Shown in pieces: positions 30,443-39,165 of a stretch of DNA of 64,000 bases. This DNA comes from an uncultured Puniceicoccaceae bacterium (lineage in GTDB: Bacteria; Verrucomicrobiota; Verrucomicrobiia; Opitutales; Coraliomargaritaceae). Positions within the stretch are counted from its first letter, which is position 1; each line of letters starts with the position of its first letter. The notes under the pieces were generated by a model, which was not told the origin of the DNA, made no database searches, and was given only the letters and a program-made list of their open reading frames with translations. Both the position numbers and the translations under genes were made by a program. The stretch covers positions 10,028-74,027 of the forward strand of contig CAZZKC010000001.1 in the NCBI GenBank assembly GCA_964654795.1. The letters run 5' to 3'.

Positions 30443-31614
30443 GTGCTGTGCCCAAAGCATTAATAGCCGTATTTGCAGATCCATCAGCTAGTCCAAGAGC
30501 TAGGCGAATGACACAACTCTGCTTAAAACATGGCTATGAAACTCATCTTTTGTCTTTAGCTCAAAAGCGAGATCTTGGGCTACACAAACTGTATCCACTA
30601 TCCAAGAGTACATCAAAATGGAATACTACTCGCAAGATAGCAGCTATAAAAATCGGACTGCTGTTTCCTTTTGTTCGCTCAAAAACGTATTTAGAATCAA
30701 TTATCGAAAAAGCCTATGGCCTCAACCAAATTGAGGACCCGTTTGCAGAAAATAAGTATCACGTAATCATAATTGAAGATTTATACCTATTGCCATATTG
30801 CTTAAAACGTCGAAATAATACACCTATTCTATTCGATGCCAGGGAGTTTTATCCGAAACAAAGAGAAAGGAATATTGTTTTTGAACTACTAGAAAAACCT
30901 ATCAGAAATTGGACCTGCAAGACTTTCATGAAACACTGCGACACTGTTTTCACAGTATCAAAAGGCATCGCAAGTGCATATGAAAATGAATACAATATCA
31001 ACGCTAAAGTTCTAAGAAGCACTCCTCCCTATATTTCTAAATCAATCAACAGGCAACCACCTCCTACAAATAAAATTCGATTAGTTCATTTGGGGGTCGC
31101 CAATCCAAATAGAAAAATTGAAAATATGATTCAAATTTTTGAAGGAGTAAAAGATCTCTTCAGCATAGATTTCTATCTTGCAGGAAATTCTAGATATATA
31201 AAAAAACTTCGAAGAATCTCAAAAGACATTTCAGGCCTTAAGATTCTCAATCCTGTAGCTCCCAAAGATATAATCTCAACATTGAGCCATTACGACATCG
31301 GGTTTTACTATCTCGAACCTCATGGATTCAATCTAAAGCACAGTTTGCCCAATAAGTTTTTTGAATTCATACAAGCACGCTTAGCAGTAGCAGTCGGACC
31401 TTCACCGGAAATGGCGAAAATCGTCAACGAATATAATTGCGGTTTTGTAGCAGAAAATTTCACGACAAGCTCTATGATAAAGACGTTACGCGCGATCACG
31501 TCAGAAACATTAAAAAATGCACAGCAAGCATCTGAGCGTGCAGCTAATATTTTATGTGCAGAAAACGAATGGAAACAAGTCGAAGATGTGTTAGCCAAAC
31601 TCAAAAATTCGTAA
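30439..31614 (+). CDS. GT-B fold glycosyltransferase (GT4/GT1-like)
   Basis: 391 aa with a C-terminal NKFFEFIQARLAVAVGP motif resembling the GT1/GT4 E..E region. 4-nt overlap with the upstream gene. Confidence 0.6.
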   Translation: MSAVPKALIAVFADPSASPRARRMTQLCLKHGYETHLLSLAQKRDLGLHKLYPLSKSTSKWNTTRKIAAIKIGLLFPFVRSKTYLESIIEKAYGLNQIEDPFAENKYHVIIIEDLYLLPYCLKRRNNTPILFDAREFYPKQRERNIVFELLEKPIRNWTCKTFMKHCDTVFTVSKGIASAYENEYNINAKVLRSTPPYISKSINRQPPPTNKIRLVHLGVANPNRKIENMIQIFEGVKDLFSIDFYLAGNSRYIKKLRRISKDISGLKILNPVAPKDIISTLSHYDIGFYYLEPHGFNLKHSLPNKFFEFIQARLAVAVGPSPEMAKIVNEYNCGFVAENFTTSSMIKTLRAITSETLKNAQQASERAANILCAENEWKQVEDVLAKLKNS

Positions 31615-32629
31615 ATGTATCGACAATATAACGACACACATCTAGAGAGTTAGACATTAAACTCTCATATCCAGCACGGAAATCTTCGTCTTCCCCTCGA
31701 GAAAGCCGATCTAGCCAATCAAGCGCATAAGGAATACCTTCTTCCGGCTTCTGAAAGTTACGTATCAACTGGTAATTCTCAGAAAGCAACTTAAAGTTCC
31801 CTAGATCACCCACACTATTTATAAATACAGAGGGAACTCCTAAACAAGCCGCTTCACTAGCAGTTGAAGCCCCTTCAGTTAAAACTAAAAAGCTATTTGC
31901 CAATAAATCATGAAAATCAACAGGATCAAATTGAATTGCATATTTCTCTAATCCTGGAGGCACCTTCCCCTCTTCAGCAGATAATATAATTTTCCATTTA
32001 TCTTCAACCTTTTCAACGAACTTATAAATACTGTCTCCTATGCCACTTCGAGTATGATCGTGAAAAGTATTCCATGCCGACATTCTGATAATCAAATACT
32101 TGCCTGGTTCATAATCTCCATATTTTAGACAAATTTTTGGATTAGGTTTAAAATAATTCAGATTTAAATAGGATTGCTCGTGAAGCCCTTCATAACGACT
32201 ATGCTTCTTCCCAAAGTCTTTTAAAAAACATGAAGGAGTGTGTATCTCATCAGCAAATGGATGAGCAATTTTATGATTAAATGCCTGAGTTTCAGTATCT
32301 GTGAAAATTATATTACGAGTCCCAAATATCTTAGCACTTTGCGTATAGCTACCCATCAAGCTTCCAACAACATCCGGCTTAAAATCATTAATCGCCTGAG
32401 CAAATGTCCACTGCCGTTGCAACATCTCAGCGATAGGGAACTTATTTTTATGAGATCGACGAACTGGGATAACACTAGGTATCCAATCATATGCCTCCAG
32501 CAATCTACGCATAACATCACGATCACGACCAATCAATCGAACCTGATCCCCTCCATCAATCAATTCACGAATTGGATACTTCCAAAAATGAATATGAGCT
32601 GGGTGATGAGCCTCAATGAGAATTTTCAT
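31601..32629 (-). CDS. DUF354 family protein (predicted GT-B-like enzyme)
   Basis: The N-terminus MKILIEAHHPAHIHFWKYPIRELI matches the DUF354 pattern as I recall it. 342 aa. ATGA overlap with the upstream GT-C gene. Confidence 0.65.
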   Translation of the reverse strand: MKILIEAHHPAHIHFWKYPIRELIDGGDQVRLIGRDRDVMRRLLEAYDWIPSVIPVRRSHKNKFPIAEMLQRQWTFAQAINDFKPDVVGSLMGSYTQSAKIFGTRNIIFTDTETQAFNHKIAHPFADEIHTPSCFLKDFGKKHSRYEGLHEQSYLNLNYFKPNPKICLKYGDYEPGKYLIIRMSAWNTFHDHTRSGIGDSIYKFVEKVEDKWKIILSAEEGKVPPGLEKYAIQFDPVDFHDLLANSFLVLTEGASTASEAACLGVPSVFINSVGDLGNFKLLSENYQLIRNFQKPEEGIPYALDWLDRLSRGEDEDFRAGYESLMSNSLDVCRYIVDTFTNF

Positions 32630-34257
32630 TTAGAAAGACCCTCTCCAGTGAGATCTGGTATTTGAGTAATAAATGTTAAAGGTACACCTTGACGTTCTAC
32701 AATATGAAGAATCGTCGATTCTGGACATTTTAAATGAAAATTCATTCTTGTAAGTGAAACAAAGAAATCTGCTTTAGCCCTATCAGTCGTTATTACAAAA
32801 TTTGAATTCAACACGTCTTCCAGCATCCACTGCGAATGAACCATATAAATTTTAAACACTTTTTCACCTGAAAGATCGATCGTCTTAATGTATTCATTTA
32901 ACCACTCCGCAGCTTCTTTCTGAGACAAGCCCCAATAATCAGTCTCATCACGTCCGGACGCAGCCGTTAAACCGCCACTCAATTGATTGAAATAAACATA
33001 TTGGTAAGGATGCAAAGCAACCATCTGAAGAACCACAATCAGAACCGCCCCTAAAGTTCCAAACTGAAACCATTTAACTAAACGCTTTCGCTCGGGAGCA
33101 TGCTCCAACCACTGGAGAATCCTTTCAAAAACCAATGCACAGAGACAGATTAAAGGGGGGATCGTAAAAAGAAAATGCCGCAAGCCGTCATAAAGCGTAG
33201 GATCAGTGGCTAAAATATAGAAAATAGGAAACAAACCACTAATAAGTACCGCAAAATGCATCCACAGCTTTCCTTGGTTCAAATTCAAATTTTGCTCTTT
33301 TCTGACAATACGCAGTAGGTAATGCGCACAAAAGCACAATCCAACCAGCAACAAAACAAGCAGATACTCTGGAGTCGCGACAAACATCCAGTAAGGAAGA
33401 TAGTAAGAAGGTAATTCAGACGCTTTCCAAAATTCCCCACTCATTAAAACATATCCATTCCAATCAAAATTCTGGACAGAGCCTGCTGTATGACTCACAT
33501 GAGCAAAAGGATTTTGATGAAGCGCTGGCCAAAATATGAAAAGAATAACAAACGCAACTAGACCAGACAGCACTCCAAGGCATAGCCATCGAACTAGATC
33601 ATTTTTCAAATCAATCCATCGAATCTGACGCGTCTGACACCAACTTGCAGCGTAATTTGATAAAAGAAACAGGCCGACAATGATTCCAAAATAAAAGAGA
33701 ATCAAAAAACCAGCAATACGAACAGACATAGCTAGACCAGCAGCAAATCCCAAAAAGATAACGAAACGAATCGGTGGTTTAGGCATTCGACTGAGCGTTT
33801 CGGCTAATGCCCAAACCCCAAGTAAGTAAGTACCAGCCAAAGGTATGTCTTTAGGATTCATAAACATGTGCCCGTAATAACGAGGATACGTAATCAGAAA
33901 TAGTAACCCAAAGAAACCAGCTCGCTCTCCACCCATTTTAGCAGTCAAACGCCACGCCGCTACTAAACCAGCAACCCCAAAAAGAAAACTCAAAAAATGC
34001 CCTTTTTGACTACGGGTTCCTAGGTCGGGAAAGCTTCGATGTATGTAAGCCAAAGAAAAATCGAATAATCCAGGATATCGATCTAGACCTAAATCAGAGC
34101 GAGTTTCACCAGATAACAAAGCATCGTAATATTCTAATTTTGCATCCCCACCTCGAAAACGTGAAGTCTCATCCCATGACATCCCGTAATCACCTATTGA
34201 TAAGAATCCTGTTAAAATAGCGCAACACAGCACAAACACTGAAAGATTTCGATACAT
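32626..34257 (-). CDS. GT-C membrane glycosyltransferase (GT39/ArnT/PMT-like)
   Basis: 543 aa, polytopic. First-loop acidic motif YGMSWDET. General similarity to ArnT/PMT-like proteins (YPRYYGHMFMNPKDIP). Confidence 0.7.
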   Translation of the reverse strand: MYRNLSVFVLCCAILTGFLSIGDYGMSWDETSRFRGGDAKLEYYDALLSGETRSDLGLDRYPGLFDFSLAYIHRSFPDLGTRSQKGHFLSFLFGVAGLVAAWRLTAKMGGERAGFFGLLFLITYPRYYGHMFMNPKDIPLAGTYLLGVWALAETLSRMPKPPIRFVIFLGFAAGLAMSVRIAGFLILFYFGIIVGLFLLSNYAASWCQTRQIRWIDLKNDLVRWLCLGVLSGLVAFVILFIFWPALHQNPFAHVSHTAGSVQNFDWNGYVLMSGEFWKASELPSYYLPYWMFVATPEYLLVLLLVGLCFCAHYLLRIVRKEQNLNLNQGKLWMHFAVLISGLFPIFYILATDPTLYDGLRHFLFTIPPLICLCALVFERILQWLEHAPERKRLVKWFQFGTLGAVLIVVLQMVALHPYQYVYFNQLSGGLTAASGRDETDYWGLSQKEAAEWLNEYIKTIDLSGEKVFKIYMVHSQWMLEDVLNSNFVITTDRAKADFFVSLTRMNFHLKCPESTILHIVERQGVPLTFITQIPDLTGEGLSK

Positions 34258-34277
34258 CAGAAAAAGAATATTAAAGA

Positions 34278-36155
34278 TTAAGGGACCAACATTCTAAAGC
34301 GCCTTTGCCCATCAAACTCGCCAAAATCGACATCAACATCATTTGATACATCAACGGATACAATTTCCGATATCACAGTTGTCCAGTTAGGATTCACTTC
34401 AATTGTGTCAACAACTGTTGTCTTAAACCGTTCATCAAGCTTCTCGACCCTTTGATAAGGAGCCATCTCATTTCGACTATAATCGAATCCGTCACGCCTA
34501 ACCATAAACACTCTACCCGCATTTTTCAGTTTAACATATTCAGCATAAAAATCGGTTTTCAAATTTAAGAATTTCACATTAGTCGCATTCTCACCGAGGA
34601 GGTAAAAAAAAGAAACATTGTCACTCACAAAAGTCCGATAACCATGCTCTGATCTTGTTTCTTCAACATATTTCTTGAGTTCAACAAACTCACGACTAAA
34701 TCGATTCATTTGATGATACGCTGCCCTATTTTGAACAGGCAAAACAAACATCCAGATCAAACAAACTAAAGCAATCGTAACCAAAGAACTCCATCGATAA
34801 AAAAACTTCGAAAGCAATACACCTCCAAAGATCCCCAAAAACACTAAGATAGGTAGCGTCAAACGAACCGTAACAGGACCACTGATAGACCAAGAGTAGC
34901 TAAGCAGAAGTAGAAATAAAAGAAAAACCCCAGCGCCTAAAGATACCCATGCAACAGAATCGCTGGAAATACGAAAACGCCAACGACCAGTCAGATAAAA
35001 AGCAATTGAAATCAACACTCCTAAAGATCCAAAAATACCAAGAACAAGAGAGCTTGGATTGGATGCTTCGAGAGAAAAAAGAAACTGCATAAACAGATCC
35101 CAATTATCAAAAATATGGCTGACTGCAAATGGCGAAGATTCTGACTCCCACACTGACTCGTTTAAAACAAAAACTGAGTGGTGCCATACCCTTGGGATAA
35201 CAAAAAAAAGAAAAACTGGTAATGGCCAACTCAGCAAACTAGAGAGAGACGCTTTGTCATGCCAACGATACAGAATCGGAAGTAACAAAAGTGGGAAAAA
35301 TAGAACAGATTCATAACGAGCCTGAATCAATAAAGAAAAAGTAAACAAAACCAATGCATACAGTAATACACTCGGCGCTTGAAGAAATCTTCGAACAAAA
35401 TAGAAACAAAGGAAAATAAGGCACAGGTTTAAAGGCATCAAGGCTCCAGATACAAAGACGTAACCTAAAAGTGGCAAAGTTCCGACAACCAAAACAGCAA
35501 AAGCACCAGACAAACGATCCCACGTATCAACCGTTAATGCATAAATCAACAACATAAATGGAAACAAAAGAAAGGCGTTCAAATAAACTGGAGTCAAAAA
35601 ATGAAAACCAACAATGCCATGAACTAAAGAAATCAGGAATGAGTACAAAGGAGGTCGTTTATCAACAACCCATAGCAACGTTTCCTCTCGATCAAAAACA
35701 GTGTGTACCTGCTGAGGGTTTTGATAAAGACGAGTCTCATGCATTTGTTTAGCACTACCTGCGATTACATGCTCATCTGCCAATGTTTTATAAGTAAATG
35801 AAACTGCACACAGCTGAAGAGTAACACAGAAAATCGAAGCCCCAATACCCCAACGATGCGAAGCTAAAACTTGCCAAAATCGAGATAAACTAAGCGCTTT
35901 ACCATCAACGAAAAAATTTCTGAAAAATACGGCACAAACAAAGATACTATTAATCAGCAAAAACCAATAAGCCCCTTTTCTCACAGCTTCAACTTGCAAA
36001 TCTCGCGGGATAAAACCGGAAATTGAGAGCAAGAGTGCGATAAAAAATAACAAAGAGAGACTTAAAGAATACAAATGGATCCGAGCGAACATAAGGATAA
36101 GTAAAGAGCATCCAATTGAACAAAAAAAAGCCAGTCCCGAATTCGGGACTGGCAT
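34278..36155 (-). CDS. large polytopic membrane protein, GT-C-like, with about 150-aa C-terminal soluble domain
   Basis: 625 aa with more than 12 hydrophobic helices. The annotated ATG at 36155 abuts an intrinsic terminator hairpin, so the real start may be the ATG at 36092 (M22). Confidence 0.6.
   Translation of the reverse strand: MPVPNSGLAFFCSIGCSLLILMFARIHLYSLSLSLLFFIALLLSISGFIPRDLQVEAVRKGAYWFLLINSIFVCAVFFRNFFVDGKALSLSRFWQVLASHRWGIGASIFCVTLQLCAVSFTYKTLADEHVIAGSAKQMHETRLYQNPQQVHTVFDREETLLWVVDKRPPLYSFLISLVHGIVGFHFLTPVYLNAFLLFPFMLLIYALTVDTWDRLSGAFAVLVVGTLPLLGYVFVSGALMPLNLCLIFLCFYFVRRFLQAPSVLLYALVLFTFSLLIQARYESVLFFPLLLLPILYRWHDKASLSSLLSWPLPVFLFFVIPRVWHHSVFVLNESVWESESSPFAVSHIFDNWDLFMQFLFSLEASNPSSLVLGIFGSLGVLISIAFYLTGRWRFRISSDSVAWVSLGAGVFLLFLLLLSYSWSISGPVTVRLTLPILVFLGIFGGVLLSKFFYRWSSLVTIALVCLIWMFVLPVQNRAAYHQMNRFSREFVELKKYVEETRSEHGYRTFVSDNVSFFYLLGENATNVKFLNLKTDFYAEYVKLKNAGRVFMVRRDGFDYSRNEMAPYQRVEKLDERFKTTVVDTIEVNPNWTTVISEIVSVDVSNDVDVDFGEFDGQRRFRMLVP
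36121..36152 (-). terminator. rho-independent terminator downstream of the prepilin-like gene
   Basis: Perfect 22-bp palindrome ccagtcccgaattcgggactgg (36131-36152; 9-bp GC-rich stem, 4-nt loop), followed on the minus strand by T8 (36122-36129). Confidence 0.8.
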
Positions 36156-36179
36156 GAAATTTAAGCTAAAAGCTTATTC

Positions 36180-36572
36180 TTACTCTGGATCACCTTCAGC
36201 ACTGAAGTCAAGAGCAGTTCCACCGTTAAACTGTGGGTGAGACAACTCGAAAGAATTTGCAGTGATGTCGAATGCAGCGTTGTCAGTTCCAACAACACCT
36301 TGACTTAGTTCACCGCCGTAAACTTCACCATCAGCAGTTACCTCATAACTTCCATCGAAGAAATTTAGATTAACTTCAGCTTCACCAGTTTCCATTGATA
36401 GTTGCTGAATAGAAGCACCAACTAGACGTCCGTCATTAATAACTGTCTTCTCGACAGATTTTTCACGAACAGTTTGGAATGCTGGAATCGCCATTGCAGC
36501 CAAGAGGCCGATGATGACGACCACGATCATGATTTCGACGAGAGTAAAACCCTTAGAATTTTGTTTTTTCAT
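36180..36572 (-). CDS. prepilin-type N-terminal cleavage/methylation domain protein (pilin/pseudopilin-like)
   Basis: MKKQNSKGFTLVEIMIVVVIIGLLAAMAIPAF carries a class III signal peptide with G/FTLVE and Glu+5; 130 aa. Confidence 0.85.
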   Translation of the reverse strand: MKKQNSKGFTLVEIMIVVVIIGLLAAMAIPAFQTVREKSVEKTVINDGRLVGASIQQLSMETGEAEVNLNFFDGSYEVTADGEVYGGELSQGVVGTDNAAFDITANSFELSHPQFNGGTALDFSAEGDPE

Positions 36573-36719
36573 TATGATATACCTTTTTTTATTATTAAAA
36601 ATACCAGAAGATTTCTGGCTTGAATATAAGGAGAACCCACTAGGCTCGAATTGCCAAGCAAATTTCGATTAATGGAAAGACTTTAACAAAGTTTTTAGAA
36701 ACCCTGTGTAATTATTAAA

Positions 36720-37727
36720 CTAATCCCGATAAGTAGCGAATACCATCTTTCCTCCAGAAGAAGGCACAATAGAATCAACCACGACACTCACCTCGTTGCC
36801 AATTTGCGATTTACCACCATTAACCACCAACATCGATCCATCTGTAAGATAACCAATAGCCTGCTCTGGATCTTTGCCTGATTTCACTAATTCCACGCTG
36901 ACACAGCTGCCAATAACAACTTCTTGATTCACAGCCTTAACCAAATCGGACAAATTTAACCATTCAACGCGATGAAACTCAGCCATTTTCGCCAGATTGT
37001 AATCCATAGTTAATAGTTTTGCCTTCATAGCTTCCGCCAAAAACACAAGTTTCGAATCAACTACATCAGATTTAGGGACGTCACTCTCATGAATTCTCAA
37101 ATCAAGGTGCACCATTTTTCTCAACGCATTCAATGAGTCTAGACCACGGCGACCTTTTTCTTTTCGCCCCGCATCAGGAGAGTCTGCTATAGCCTGAAGC
37201 TCAGTCAGAACAAAACGAGGTATTATCAGAGCGTACCCCATCCACCTACTATCACACACTGCAACAATACGCCCATCGATTAAAACACTTGTATCGACGA
37301 CAACTAAAGGAACTTCCACATTCTCAGGGCTAAATCGAATGTAAGGTATGACCAAATTGAATTCATCTTTACCCCGCAACGAAATGACTGTCGCGAGATA
37401 CATTGAAATAATATAGAGAGCCAAACGTGATAAATACAAAGTCTCGGCCAGCTTCTCTTTTTCTTCTAAAGGCTCAAAAAGTGGTGAATTGGAAAGTAGA
37501 TACGCAATTAACGCCCCAATGGCTAAGCCAAAAGTAGTCGCCGAAAGCCCTCTAAGCGAAAACCCCTCTAGTAACGAGTCAGTCAATATCACTAGAGCTG
37601 CGATACTCATCCCAACAAACAAGACCAATCCTAGCGCCCAGTCCTGATTCGAATACCACATAACTACGCTCCCAAGAAAACTGAGAACGAGAAACATGAC
37701 TCGAAAGATAAAGATCGTTTTTTTCAT
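36720..37727 (-). CDS. PIN/TRAM domain membrane protein (YacL-like)
   Basis: N-terminal 4 transmembrane helices, a PIN-like core (VVVDTSVLIDGRI) and a C-terminal TRAM-like beta region. Confidence 0.75.
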   Translation of the reverse strand: MKKTIFIFRVMFLVLSFLGSVVMWYSNQDWALGLVLFVGMSIAALVILTDSLLEGFSLRGLSATTFGLAIGALIAYLLSNSPLFEPLEEKEKLAETLYLSRLALYIISMYLATVISLRGKDEFNLVIPYIRFSPENVEVPLVVVDTSVLIDGRIVAVCDSRWMGYALIIPRFVLTELQAIADSPDAGRKEKGRRGLDSLNALRKMVHLDLRIHESDVPKSDVVDSKLVFLAEAMKAKLLTMDYNLAKMAEFHRVEWLNLSDLVKAVNQEVVIGSCVSVELVKSGKDPEQAIGYLTDGSMLVVNGGKSQIGNEVSVVVDSIVPSSGGKMVFATYRD

Positions 37728-37736
37728 ATAATTACT

Positions 37737-37865
37737 TCATTCGAAGCGAAGCGCCTTCGCCCAATAACATAGAAGCGCAGTCAAAACAAAAAAAGCGCCC
37801 ATTACCCAGTAAATGGCGTTTTTAGCTTTTTGGGCTCTCTCTTCATGTGTTTTACCTTCATTCAT
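37737..37865 (-). CDS. possible 42-aa small membrane protein
   Basis: Own translation gives MNEGKTHEERAQKAKNAIYWVMGAFFVLTALLCYWAKALRFE, with one transmembrane helix. It lies 9 nt upstream of the PIN/TRAM gene and has aggag about 12 nt upstream. Not in the ORF track because it is under 60 aa. Confidence 0.3.
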   Translation of the reverse strand: MNEGKTHEERAQKAKNAIYWVMGAFFVLTALLCYWAKALRFE

Positions 37866-38007
37866 AATGGGCTCTTTCTCCTAGACAACGGGAGTAACAC
37901 CATATTATCAAGCTAGAGTTGAAGTAATGACGCTCAATTTCTGCGATTTCTTAAGCTTCCCTAGTTTCTGACTTCCATAGCTACGGAAGTTTACCTTACT
38001 TCACACT

Positions 38008-38967
38008 ATGGAAACAATCGACTTTAACGGAGTAAGTCTACATCGATGGAAGTGTGGTCCATCTACATTTCTAGCACGCCCAGAATTAGGTGCCCGGCTA
38101 ATGAACTGGAATATACGTATGTCTGATGGCTCAATCCGAGATGTCATTCATTGGCCGGAAAACGCAAACTACGATAACTTCGCTAAAGTTCGCGGCGGCA
38201 ATCCTATCCTCTTCCCATTTGCAGCCCGCACATTCCACAAAGGGAAGATAGGCTACTGGAAGGACCCATCCGGTGCAGTACGCCCGATGCCTCAGCATGG
38301 TTTCGCTCGCGAAGGCGTATTTGAACTAACAACAATCAACGACACTGGCTTTACTGCAAAATTCATTCCTTGCGAGGCAGCCAAAGAGGGCTACCCCTAT
38401 AACTACGATTTTTCAGTCCAATATGTCTTCGATTCCATCTCTCTAAAGGTCTTTTTTACTCTCGAAAATTATGATGAGATTCCTTTGCAATGGTCGGCAG
38501 GGCATCATTTCTATTTTACACTCCCTTGGCATAACAGTCTGACCCGCAATGACTATCGCTTTCAGGTTCCAGCGAAAAAGTGCTTTACTCATGATCCTAC
38601 AAACGGAGCATTACTCCCAATCAAGCCATTTGAAAGTTCAGGCTCGTTCGGAGATCCAGAAAACAGCGATATAATCTACTCAAAACTGACAAGCCCTGAA
38701 GTGCGTTTTGGACCAAATGGAGGAGAGGAAGACATTGCTATTCGAATCCTCAATCAAGTCGAGGATTTCCCCGAAGCACTCACTGCCTGCTCAACAACCG
38801 CGTCCCCTTGGAACGCTTTCGTCATTTGGACGGAAAACCAAGATGCACCCTACTACTGTATTGAACCTTGGATAGGCCCACCGAATAGTCCAGAACACGG
38901 CAAAGGACTCCACACAGTAAATCCAAATGAAAAAGCATGCTTTGGTGTTGAAGTTAGCTTGCTCTGA
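38008..38967 (+). CDS. aldose 1-epimerase (galactose mutarotase-like) family protein
   Basis: [12 protein letters not shown] and HGFAR motifs typical of the mutarotase-like fold; 319 aa. Confidence 0.6.
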   Translation: METIDFNGVSLHRWKCGPSTFLARPELGARLMNWNIRMSDGSIRDVIHWPENANYDNFAKVRGGNPILFPFAARTFHKGKIGYWKDPSGAVRPMPQHGFAREGVFELTTINDTGFTAKFIPCEAAKEGYPYNYDFSVQYVFDSISLKVFFTLENYDEIPLQWSAGHHFYFTLPWHNSLTRNDYRFQVPAKKCFTHDPTNGALLPIKPFESSGSFGDPENSDIIYSKLTSPEVRFGPNGGEEDIAIRILNQVEDFPEALTACSTTASPWNAFVIWTENQDAPYYCIEPWIGPPNSPEHGKGLHTVNPNEKACFGVEVSLL

Positions 38968-39165
38968 CGAATCTAAAGATCGAGGGCGTGACTCCAAAAC
39001 TACTCGATTCGAAAGTCATTACTACTCTGACAATAGTTTCAGAACGAAAAGCGACTAAACTTTAGCCTTTTAGTTCGCTCGCTTTTCCTAAAGATAAGTG
39101 CGCATCAAAAATTAAATATAACGGAAGTCTTTCTACTTCCGCCACAGTTTCAAAAGCAGCTACCT

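Noticed and set aside
36720-37727. PIN-domain protein as a toxin-antitoxin or defence component
   Set aside because: The architecture (4 transmembrane helices + PIN + TRAM, 335 aa) matches the housekeeping YacL-type protein. There is no small antitoxin-like partner with a DNA-binding motif nearby.
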